This document shows, piece after piece, positions 49,201 through 64,000 of a stretch of 64,000 bases of DNA. This stretch comes from the human T2T-CHM13v2.0 reference genome, Homo sapiens. The stretch is from assembly GCF_009914755.1 (NCBI RefSeq), contig NC_060931.1. One strand, given 5' to 3'. How positions within the stretch are numbered: the first letter of the stretch is position 1; each line of letters begins with the position of its first letter. Under the pieces are notes generated by a model. It was not told where the DNA came from, made no database searches, and was given only the letters and a program-made list of their open reading frames with translations. A program made the position numbers and the translations under genes.

Positions 49201-49377
49201 GTTCCAGAGCTGGTGTTCACAAGTAATAAACCATGATGGTTCCAGAGCTGGTGTTCACAAGTAATAAACCATCTGCTTCACTTTTCCAATAAAATCTCTG
49301 ATATGAACGCTAGTGATAATTTTCAAAACTGTGTACATACACAAGAGGAACTAACACTTCAGTAAAGTAGAAAAGGA

Positions 49378-49560
49378 AGCAGTATTTAAGAAGGTAACAC
49401 AGAACAGTGCTTAAGAATTGAAACTGAATTTGAATTCTGTCTTCTGCCTGTTTCCAAGCAGACTTGAACAAGAAGGAACCTCCTTAAGACTCAGTTTTCC
49501 TATCTGTAGTATGGGAGCAATAAGAAGATTACTGTAAAGTTAAATGAGATGATACATATT
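49378..49560 (+). mobile_element. MIR SINE
   Basis: CTCAGTTTTCCTATCTGTAGTATGGGAG core. Confidence 0.65.
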
Positions 49561-51199
49561 AGATAACATACAACTAATGTAATAACATTATAGTAAATTT
49601 TAGCAATTACTTTAATGTCTTTTATATACACTGCCCCCAAGCAACCTATTAGTGAACTCACCCCAATAAAATCTAAATTTTCCACTTATTTTACTCTCAA
49701 AATATACCTTAAAAGATTGTTTTCTGTAGACTGCCAAGAATTTGAGAATGGCAGGGATGTTCTTGGTTTTAAGGGATATGAAAATTATTTTTAGTACATC
49801 CAAATTTTTGACAACAATCTGATGATATGAATGAAGCAAATAGTTAAATTAAGAAGACAGTGAGAAGTGGCTATCTTAGACACATCAGAACAAATAATGC
49901 CTCCTTAAGGGGAAACTAAGAGTTTGCACCCCAATATGTCCTTCACTCTTAGGTTTCTTCTAGACCTTGTAGTGTATAGTTGCTGTGTCCCTGGAGCAGC
50001 AGTTACTTATAGTCAGCATTGCAGCTTATGGTACCAAAAGCAGCTTTGTGACCATATCACCCTAAGTCACTCTGATGTTTCAAACTGCCAAAGAATTTGT
50101 GGTAAGAAGAATGGTAGAAGGCTTCTATAATTTAAGACCAGAGGGGTTTTTTTCCACTGGAGTGATTCAATGTGCCTGGTGTGTGCACATGTGTTCCAAT
50201 ACAGATGGAGACTCAAATGACTATCAGACCCTTTGGTGTGAGTTCAAATTTCCTGAAGGTGTTGGAATGTCTGTAAAACATCAGATGCCCTTTGCCTGCA
50301 TTAAAAATATATATATATATTTTAATTATCTGCTGATTTGACATTTTGCTTTATCTTGGGTAAGACTTGACACTGTCTTTGAAAAATTATTCACAAAAAA
50401 ATGTTTTTGAGTTTCTGGCAGGTAGCTGACTTTAGTTAAGGAGTTATATCTGATCTGTCTATAACAAAACACCAGTCTTTGTTCGTGTGTGTTCCCTCCC
50501 AAAAAATCTAAAATCTTTATTCTTGTTCCAATACTATTAGTCATATTTTTACAGAATTATTGGTGAGCCGCTGTCATCACCCTTACAATGCATTTTTCCT
50601 ACTTAAGCTTCAGAAATTTTTTTCAAGGAGCCTTAGGCAATGTTATCAATACAAGTGCCGGGGTTTTTTTTCCCTAAGCATTTTGGTAATTGCAAAGTAG
50701 GTTTCTCTGATTTCTTAATTTTACATAAATCACAGTTGTTAAAGTGAGAGGAAAGAAGCCTTCTGATAATGTTGTGCTTTAAAGTAAGTGAATTCTGTAG
50801 TCAATGTCTTCCATCAGCTACTCATGTATTTTAGGTAATATCTGAGAATCAAAATGCTAAGAAACTGTGTGAGAAGGAGACTGGAGACAGATATGACCTT
50901 AAATAGGTACCCTGTATTTTCATTTCTAACCAGAAACTCAAAACATAAAAGTATTGATTAGTTAAACTACCATCAGCAATTAACCTTCTAAGTAGACTGA
51001 AGTGTAGCTGCTTATATTACATACTTTAAGGAGCACATAAAAATTCTATTTGCCCCAATTATTCTTCAGCATGGCAATTCTTGCTCCCTTTATCATGGCA
51101 GAAATTTTACCATCAGAGTCATTCTTATAGATTCCATACCAAAGATTAAATCAATGCCCTTAGAATGCCACTGTGACTATCTAATGCATGCTATTACAG

Positions 51200-51565
51200 C
51201 AGTCAGCATAGGCTAGCTTATGCTATTCTAACAAACAACCTTCAAGTCACAATAACAATACAACCAAGGTTTTTCTTTTTGCTGGTTCAGATTACATCTC
51301 TATTAGTGCAACAGAGGGCTTCTGTTCAGCACAGTCACTCAGGGACTTTCCTTATCATCATTCTAAAGGAAAAAAGGATTCCTGAGAGAGTCTTGCAGTA
51401 ACAACTGGGTGTTCAACCCTCCAGAGTGACACCTATCACTTCTTCCTACAACTCATTTGCCAGTCCTAATCCCTACAACTGCAAATGGGCCACCAAGTGC
51501 ATTTAATATGTGTCTGAATTTGGGGAATATAAAAGCTTTTGCCAAGAGCTCTAATGACTACCAAC
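51200..51565 (-). mobile_element. Old MLT1-family MaLR LTR
   Basis: GTCAGCATAGGCTAGCTTATGCTATTCTAACAAACAACC; CAGAGTGACACCTATCACTTC. Confidence 0.55.
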
Positions 51566-52264
51566 AGTTACCTCAAAGAAGGACTTCTGATTTTGAAAAC
51601 AGCATTTTCCTTTTTACCAGCAAATTGTAAAGTGCTGAGTGAACAGAGGGAAAGTAGAACAAGCCCCATTGGATTGAGAGGCTTCATGGGATGGAAGTCA
51701 GAAGGAGAGGACCCTGTTTATTTGGAAGCAAAAACAGGTGTTAGAAATGGAAAAATGAAAGAGGGAGACCAATTTACTATGCAACTTTGTTCATATCAAT
51801 TTTGCTTAAAATTACATTGTTTTAATTAGAGTCCATTATTTTAATGCAGATATACTTTAAAATCACATAAAATAATCAAGATTGTTCATGAGAAGACTGT
51901 CACCAAAAATACTGCATACATTTATGTTTGTGGGGTATTACAATGAACAAAACCAGGTTAATTAACCTGAATTAAAAATAGTTGAAATTTGAAATGTACA
52001 TACACTAAGGTTTATGTATACAAGTTTCTATGCATGTTTAGGTAAGTGTATTGTAAGTATTCTCTGGATTCACTAATATGGATAGCTCAATTTTACTTTG
52101 AGGACTCTATGCCAGCAGCTACAGTTCAGTTTGTCTATTTCATTCTGAGATGTCAATGGCATTATAATTAATTGCACTTTTATTTGTAGTCATTCTCTCT
52201 AAGCATTAAGTTACCCATGAATGCCAGATTACTCACTGATTCTTAATTGTGTCTCAATAACTAA

Positions 52265-52900
52265 TTCCTTTTTATTTCTGCATGGCATCATATTGTATGG
52301 ATATACTGCAGTTCCTCTGTTGATGGACATTTGGATTGTTTACAGTTTGGGGCTACTATAAATAGAGATGCTTTGAACATATAGGGGCAAATCTTTGTAT
52401 GGACATGTTTTCATTTCTCTTGGATATATACCTAGAAGTGGAATGATTAAGTCATAGGAAAGTGTATTTTTTTTACTTTTTAAGAAATTGCTAAGCTGTT
52501 TTCCAAATTGCTAAGCTGTTTTCCAAAGTATTTCTACCATTTTACATTCCTTTGAGCATTGTATGAGAGTTCCAGTTGCTCCATATTTTCCAAACATAAT
52601 ACAATCTCTTTAATTTTAGCCATTCTAATAGGTGTGCAGTGGTATCACATTGTGGATTTAATTTTAACTTCTCTAATATTGAGCATATTTTCATATGCTT
52701 ATTCACCATTTGTAATCTTTTGCGAGGTGACTGTTCAAATACTTTGTTTATTATTTGGGTTGTCTCTTTTGAAAGAGACTTGTAAGAACTCTATATGTTA
52801 CTGATATAAATCTTTTGTCTAATAAATACACTGTGAAGTTTCCACTAGGCTATGACTTGCCTTTTCATATCCTAACTGTGGTTTTAGAAGTGTAAAGTAA
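52265..52900 (-). mobile_element. Old L1 (L1MD/ME) fragment
   Basis: GATGGACATTTGGATTGTTT...TTTAGCCATTCTAATAGGTGTGCAGTGGTATC. Confidence 0.8.
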
Positions 52901-53789
52901 TTTTTTAAAAAAGACAATTTAATCTTAGAGTAGATATTAGTTTTTCTAAATCAAGGAACTGTCCTCAAAGTTGCATCCTATTCCTTCCGACTCTGAGATA
53001 TTGGGCATCATTAAGATGAGAACAGTTCAAACCTAGACATCCTCATAACGGCCACCACCACTACAACATACATTTCCTGAGTACCTAGATTCTGTCAAGC
53101 AATGTGGTTGGTTACTCAGATAGGAAGTGACTAAGACAGAGGCATTCTGAAAATTATACTTTTATCTCTGCCAAACCCAGCACATTTCTGGTAATATTTT
53201 GTGATTACTCTGACAACTTAAAAAGCAGTAAATTAAAACACACACGCACACGCACACACACACACACACAATTTGTAAACATCCACTTCTGGCTCTTTTG
53301 TAAACATCTAGCTCTTTTAAATACTGCAATACTGAGACAGAAAAGAAAAATCATGCAGGTGATCTCAATATGCAGGATCAAATCTCTTTCCATTCACCCC
53401 AGCTTTTAGGAATTGATTGAGCCAACGATATAGCATTACGTAAAATAACTAATAAGAGGACTTGTTTATTTTTTATTAGTGGGCACTTTACATATACTTT
53501 TTAAATATTAAAGCAAATAGTGTATTAAAGTACACTGTGAGGAAAAATGTGTAAATTTGTAAGGTAAAAGATGAAGTTTCTAGAAAATTTTATTGTTATA
53601 GTGACTTCTGTCAATTCTACTCTCATGGCCTAGGGTTCTTTACTCATTGGCATGTGCCATTTGCCTCAATAATAACTGAGTTTTAAGCCAGAGAGAGTTT
53701 GATGTTTAAATCTTGAATGGCAGTAAAAAGTTACACGTGCAAAGAGTAAGCTCTGGCTTCGATATAATCGGATTTTTCAAGTTAATGGG

Positions 53790-55052
<1,263 letters not shown>

Positions 55053-55446
55053 CCAAACCATTATTTTGTAAGCAAGTTTATTTAATATGCATCATAAACT
55101 GCTGTCTTTCAGTGAATGGAAGAGTTTGACAGAGAAACATCTTTGTAAGCAAACATTTAAAATATGTTGTTAGAACATATTTCTTTCCAATGGTTTGTAT
55201 TATGAGTTTACATACGCAGCTATAAAATGTAAGCATGCTTTTTTTTCTCTCTCTCTCCTTTTTCTAATATATGTTTATTTGTGTAGGTTTTCCCTAGCCA
55301 TTTAAAAAGACAAGAAAGGAAATAAAATATATAACGAATGGAAATAAATAAAATGCTTATTCTTCACAGTTAGAAAACCCAAAATAAGCTACATATGAAT
55401 TATTATAATTAATAAGTGGGTACAAGATGCTTGCTGGATACAAGAT

Positions 55447-55829
55447 TGTACTAGTCAGCGTTCTTCAGAGAAAGAGAGTCAAGAGAGATTGATTTAAATA
55501 AAATGGCTCACACAGTTTTGGGGGCTGGCAAGTCTGAAATATGTAAGGTCGGCCAGTAGGCTGGAAATTCAGGTAAGAGTTGATATTGCATTTCTGAGTT
55601 TGAAACCTGCAGGGCAAGCCAACAGGCAGGGTTTCTATGCTGCAATCTTAAGGCATCTGTGATTGAATGCAGCTCACATTGTGTAAGGTAACCTGCTTTA
55701 CTCAAAGTCTAATAATTCAACGGTTAATCACTTTTTAAAACACCTTCACAACAACATCTTGACTAGTGTTTGGTCAAACAACTGGGCGCTATAGCTTAGC
55801 CAACTTGAAACATAAAATTAACCATCACA
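55447..55829 (-). mobile_element. MLT2 3' LTR of an ERVL provirus
   Basis: TGTACTAGTCAGCGTTCTTCAGAG...CATAAAATTAACCATCACA, followed directly by internal sequence. Confidence 0.88.
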
Positions 55830-57765
<1,936 letters not shown>

Positions 57766-57789
57766 GTTTTCAATAAATTTCATTCAGTC

Positions 57790-59700
57790 AGTTATATATT
57801 AATATTAAAAACAATAACAAGAAAACAAGAAAGGAAAGTAGTTTCTCTTTTTTACCATACTCAAAAATTAATTAAATTCCATGTAAATTTCAGTCTAAAC
57901 GTAAAAGATACAACATTAACGTTTTTAAGAATTATATAGGGAAATACTGTCACGGCCTTAGTTTAGGAGCTTTCAAGAGAACACACACACACACACACCA
58001 TTAATGTCAAAAGTAAAAGACTGAAAATGTGGGCTGCATTAAAATTAAGAACTTTGATCATCAAAATACTATTCAGAGAAGAAAAATGGCAAATAATTTA
58101 AGAACATATGCCACTCCTAAATGTGACAAAGAGCTACATAGAATACATAAAGAATACCTGCAATTCAATGAAAAAGACAGGCCACCACACCAAATAGGCA
58201 AATGGTTAGAAAACAGGAACAAGATTTTTCACAATATTTTAGAAAACAAACTACTAGAAATATGTCAAATGCCCATCACAGTAGAATGAATAAATAAAAT
58301 GTAGTATATGAATATAATGGAATCAAACAGCAGCAAAACAAACTATGGCTACATAGAACAACATAAGTCAATTGCACAAAACAATATTAACTGCAACATT
58401 TTTATTCAGTTAGTAAACATTTTAAAAATAGACAAAATGATTACTTAATATTAACATAAGGATATTTTGGGGAAGGGGTGTGAAATGTACTTTTGGGAGA
58501 AAATATTCACAGTTCACATAGTTGGCAAAGTAGTATTACCTAGAATATAGAGATAACTTCTAAAATTAAATTTTTCACACATGAAAAATAATCCAATAGA
58601 AAATGAACAAAGAATACAAACAATAAATTCTTTAAAAATGTAAATAACTAAAAATCATATGAAAATGTGTTTACTACATGTCTAATTGGGGAAATACAAA
58701 TTCTAAAATGAAATACCATGTTACGCCTACCTCTTAGAATAGCAAAGTTTTTCATTTTTTTAGTACTATGTGTGGCAAAGTACTTAGAAGAAGGGTAATT
58801 TGATACTTTAAACATTTAGTAAAGTTGATGATGCATAAAACCCTTTGGACCAAGATTTCTATTCCTAACTTAGGGAAGAATACCTTAGGAAAATTCTTAT
58901 CTATGTGCGTAAAGAGGAGGAAACAACCTAAATGTCTTTCAGATAGGAGAAAGAATAGATAATGGTATGTTCTTACAATAGATTATTAAGAGTTTTAAAA
59001 TGCATGTATATTATTCACATAGTCATAGCTCATTCTTTAACTTGTGCTTTACTCTTACTATTTTTTAGATTCTCTGATATTTATGTATCAGAGAGATTTA
59101 GAGAATTTTGTTCATCAAAATACTATTCAGAGAAGTAAAATGGCAAATAATTTAAGAACATATGCCACTCCTAAATGTGACAAAGAGCTACATAGAATTC
59201 ATAAAGAGTACCTGCAATTCAATGGAAAAGGCCACCAACTAGGGAAATGGGTAGAAAATAGGAACAACATTTTTCACAATATTTTAGAAAACAAACTACT
59301 AGAAATGTATCAAATGCACTACAAATACATAAAACAAATACTACAAATATATAAAACAAACCACTCCAAATGTGTATCTACACACACATATTTTTCTATC
59401 TCCGGGTATCTTGAGTATAGTAGTAAAACACAAATTAAAGAATGAACTATACATTTATTGTACCATTTTACGTAACATATAAAAGCACACATTGCAATAT
59501 TAAATATTGTTATGGATATATAGATAAGTAGTAAGGTATTAAACGACACTGAAAGGCTACACAAAAATGCAAGGAAATTGTTATTTTTAGATAGGCAAGG
59601 TAATAAAAATATAAAGGAGCCTTCAATTTTAAACTTTTTATTTTTAAAAAAATAAAAAATCTGAAGCAAATATGACAAAAAACTATACTTGTCAAATGAA
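57790..59700 (+). mobile_element. Patchwork of ancient L1M 3' fragments
   Basis: GCATTAAAATTAAGAACTTT; GAAATACAAATTCTAAAATGAAATACCAT; AAACAACCTAAATGTC. Confidence 0.6.
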
Positions 59701-59712
59701 GCACTGAGTCAA

Positions 59713-60055
59713 AGCTATGAACTGAATTGTGTCCCCCCAAAAAATTCATATGTTGAAGCCCTAACACCCAATGTGATGGTAATTGGAGCTGGACCTTTGG
59801 AAGGTAATTATGTTACCATGAAGTCCAGTAGCGTGGGGCTCTCATAACCAAAGGTTGCTGTCTCTCTGACTGTCTCTCTACCATATGAGGACAAGTGAGA
59901 AGGTGACCATCTCCGTCTGCAAACCAAGAAGGGAGCCCTCACCAGAATCTGACCTGGCTGGCACCCTGATCTCAGAATTCCACCATCTAGAACTCTGTTG
60001 TTGAAGGCACCTAGCCTATGATATTTTGTTATGGCAGCCGAAGCAGACTAAGGCA
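59713..60055 (+). mobile_element. MLT1A-like MaLR solo LTR
   Basis: GCTATGAACTGAATTGTGTCCCCCC...GTTATGGCAGCCGAAGCAGACTAAGGCA; TSD-like GTCAA / GTCAT. Confidence 0.88.
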
Positions 60056-63000
60056 GTCATCATTATATTATTAATATAATTCCTTATATTTGAAAAATCA
60101 CTCACACTTTTCAAAATGTATAACCATAAATACCTAGGTTATACTGGCCTAAGATTATACCAAGAAACAGAATATTATTACAATTAAAAGTAAATAAAGG
60201 CATTCTTCAAACAAATTAATGTACTGTAAAATCTTTGCAAGCTGGAACTGCAAGAGTATCCTGAGAGCCTTGTGCAGTATCTGCTACACACTGGTGCTTA
60301 ATGTGTGTTGCATGTGGAGCATACATAGGTTAAACAAAAATTATAATGCTACCTGGGAAATAAACTCCAGAAACCAAAGTTTTTCTGAGATCCTCTAATA
60401 AAGAAACAAAGCTACAACAACAAAATACTTGTTTTCAAACATTTACTGTCTAGAAACAATTTTTTCAACTTTTAGTATTAGTTTAAGTACCACAGACTTC
60501 ATAGTCTGATAAAGCCAGTTTCCTAGTATCCTCTTTACACGACTTCCTAATTCTGGCCTCAAAAACTGTAATGAAGCCCTTTCCCCAGTCTGCCTTCCCC
60601 AGTCATCCTTTTGTAGTCCAAATCTCGGATCCTTGCAGACTAAACTGGGGCATATAATAGCTTCCTTCTTTGCCTCCTTTTGAGTTAATAGTCTGGAGTC
60701 AGTATTATTTTGGATCAGTTTCAAGAGGTGTACTTCAACTTTGTCAAGAAAAGTGATCATATTTTGTTTGTAATCCTTCATCACATAAAGCTAAGATGTT
60801 TTAAATTGATATACTGATGAACTGTCATTGTAGGGAACTGCATCCGATTATGGGCCTAAGTAGAATTTCTAGAGATATCAGGAAAAATCTGAAATGTGTG
60901 GCTCCAAGAAAGAATTATTATGTATGGTCCTCTCCATTTTCTTAACCTCATATGTGTTTATACTTTCACTAACTTTTCAAGTGTTAGTTCAAATTGGTCT
61001 CCTAAGTATTCCCTCCTGTTGGTAGCATTTGGCTGTACAGTCAAATGAGCAGCTGCCTCTAAGCATTTGCTAATGCTTCCTTCCTCAAAGGAAAACTAAT
61101 ACAAATTTAAATTTGTGTTAATTTCCACCTGAGGCATGATGGCCTCTGTTGGTTTTTGGCAAGTTCAGATAATTGCTACAAAATAGTTTTTTTCTTATTT
61201 CAATAATATAGGGCTGTAGGAACAATATTTGCACTGTATTATTAACCAGTTTTATGGTAAATGTTGTTTATTTATGGTATTGTACATGTGGTATCTATTA
61301 AGTAACATCTCAAAGAATAAAAACCACTTACTTGTTAAATGGAAAGCAAAATGTGGAAAACAATTTGGAGGAAAATGAAAGTAGATGGCAAATGCTGACA
61401 GTCACGGGGCTTACTGAAGTTATCAAAAATGCAGATTACTTAGCCACAAATGAAAAGAAATAATAATAGTTTTTCAAGCTTGACAGGGACCACTTACGGC
61501 AAGATTTCAACATCACTTCACACAACTTGACATATGCAAATTTTTCCAGTGCAGTTTCAATTATAATGCCATACAAATTTTATTAGTCACTTGGTAATAC
61601 TGTAGATAATTGGAAAAGTCAGTGAATGATTTATAAAACAGAGAGATTGATTCCACAAGGCCTTCTTGATTTCAAGAAGACAGAAAATTAACATTTTTTA
61701 TATAAAGGAAAAATATCATATACTGTTTTTGTTACTGAATTTGTAGCTTATATATCAATTGCCGTTACAAAGGATTTGAGATGGCTGGCCTAAGCACAAT
61801 GCAAAACATGTTAATTTTTAATGTAAATAATCAAGACTCATTTAGAAGAGGAGAATCTCGAGTACTTTGGCCTTAGTATAAAAGTGATATTTCTTCAACT
61901 GTTTTTTGCTCAAAAAGAGAACTGCCATTGCCTGAAAACTCATGTGATATCAGATCCAATACCAAAATATTCAACTATTCTTCCCTAAGACCGTGCTACA
62001 CAGAACCTGAGCAAGAAATGCCTGTGGGCAATTGTTCTGCGTAATTTAACCACCTCGTTCATAGTGTGGGAGAATGATGGAGCCTGACAGAACATCCAAA
62101 GTGTTGGAACCACTGATTAGTAAATACTTGCAAGCTATGTCCGTACTTGGCCCTTGATGTAGCAGAGTATTGTAACACAAATTCCAAGACTGAAAGAAAT
62201 TGGGAGATGCCTACTATATCCGACTATGGAGAGGTAGAAAAAAAGAACTAAAAATAAAAATACTACAATTTTGGATCATTAATTCAGCTTGCCAATTTTC
62301 ACTGATAAATGATAATAAATCACAATACAAAAAATACTGCATTTATCTTTTTATTTAATCAAACTAGTTTTAAAACTGAGTTCCATCCTGTAAGACTGAT
62401 GGAAGATTCAACCTTATCCTTGGGGCTCCCCTGATATAGTGGTACAAAGCTGCTAGTGTTAAGAAATGGGAATTATCTCTGGTCGAATATCTACAGTTGA
62501 TACTGGCTACTGCAGGGAGGCCTGATATTTCATCGCTCTCAGAAACTCTGGTGCTGCTCCCTTTTAGGCATCGCTGAAAAAGCTGGGATTCTGGAGCCTT
62601 CTCCACGAATTTCCAGAGGCTTGTGTGACTTATGGATTTCCCTCCCTCGGATCACAGAAAAACCTCCAAATGTTCTGCTTCTCCAAAGCACACCTCTTTG
62701 TCCTGCCCTCACCCGACTCTAACATAATACTGTCACTGATTTTAGGAGGTGTCTACCTTATACAGCTTCTATTTTCTGCTGCAAAATACCCCTAAGGAAA
62801 GAAATGACAAAGATTAACTACCAGCTTAGAGCAAAAGGATAGGGAAATATGTAGGGAGCATAAAAGCTATTTAATACGAAAATAAAATGCTGCCACAAGA
62901 GTAAATAAAGAATAGTGAAAAGCTTGTCAGTAGACTTTAATTTTAATATAACCTAAGCCTAAATCCACAAGATATTTTGTCTTGTCCCATCAACGCAACC

Positions 63001-64000
63001 ATTCTAAGAAATCTTCAAACACATGATACAATTTTTTTCCTGTCACTTTTGTTCATTTTCCTTTGAACTCAAATTAGAATTGGCTTCATTATTCACTAGA
63101 TTTCCCTCTCCAACCTCCTTCCATCCATTCATTTCTCCTCTCTCATCTTCTGTGAATTGGCAATTGCACTGCCAAGGTAATTCCTCAGAAGTGGTACATC
63201 TTGTACTTCCTGACTCTCAATGTTTCCGGAACATTTATTGATGTAAGCTGGGTTCTGTCATAGATGCATTCCTTCACAAGTCAACCGGTGATACTTTGCT
63301 CACTAGAAACTCAGTTACCAGGTCCTCTTGATTCTACTATTGTTCACTAATTTCTTTGAAGTGGCATTTATGGTGTTTTGGTTGTCTCATACCACTTTAT
63401 CCAGAACCTTCTCTTGAAAAATCTGCCTGCCTACATGCAGATTTCCACACATTCCATCTGCACATCACATGAGTCTCTCGACAACACTAGTTTTGCTTGC
63501 TGTGGTCCTGCCCAAAAGTATTAACTCTTTCTCCGCTGCCAATAGGATTAAGTTCATGCAATTCAGCTTGGTAATTTCCAATCTGCTAGCATCTAAATTC
63601 AACATTGTTTTTCCATCTCTTTTAAAACAAAAAACAAAACCCCAGTGAATCTAGGCAAACCCTCAGGTTGCCCTCCATGCAACCTATAGATCTCCCCATC
63701 TCCCTATTTTTATGAAAGTTAGTTCTCTAGGATATAGTAGATTCTCTTTCTAAATCTGGGGAAATCCCCAATATTCTCTAAGTTCAGGTCAGTGCCTGCC
63801 TTCTCCCAAATGTGCTTTACAACTTTCTTTTTAGAGGCAGTGGCTTCTTTCGTCCAAAAACTCCCAGCTTTGCTTGTCTGTAACCATTCATTGTTTCTTT
63901 GAAATATATACTTGCTTTAGACTTCTTGGTATTGTCTGACATTTTAAAATCATTCATATTATTAAGTTTTACCTCTGTGTCTATAGCCTCCCCAACTAGA

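Noticed and set aside
49195-49272. CRISPR-like direct repeat
   Set aside because: Two adjacent copies with no spacer, in eukaryotic DNA.

Overview
AT-rich, repeat-dense mammalian genomic DNA, almost certainly hominoid primate (it carries an L1PA2/L1PA3-type LINE-1 and AluY/AluS elements). It looks intronic or intergenic: I could not recognise any host protein-coding gene. All long ORFs are LINE-1 ORF1/ORF2, Alu, L2 or ERVL remnants. Main structures: (i) a full-length, coding-dead L1PA2/3 (15538-21566) inserted into the A-rich linker of an Alu, with intact YY1 site and an open, C-terminally extended antisense ORF0; (ii) a minus-strand L1PA insertion (30954-32808) combining a ~170-bp 3' transduction with its own AATAAA and second tail, a twin-priming 5' inversion with 7-bp microhomology, and flanking TSDs; (iii) an old L1 with a monomer-like 5'UTR and a ~1.6-kb internal deletion; (iv) MaLR/ERVL LTRs, an ERVL pol fragment, a long L2, several local duplications, a bipartite GGAA tract, and a few candidate splice-bounded exons and an AP-1 cluster in repeat-poor DNA. 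Repeat subfamily names are from recalled consensus diagnostics and need RepeatMasker/Dfam confirmation. Boundaries of old repeats are approximate. I found no convincing wholly new biological system; the notable items are unusual retrotransposition products and possible regulatory or exonic signals.
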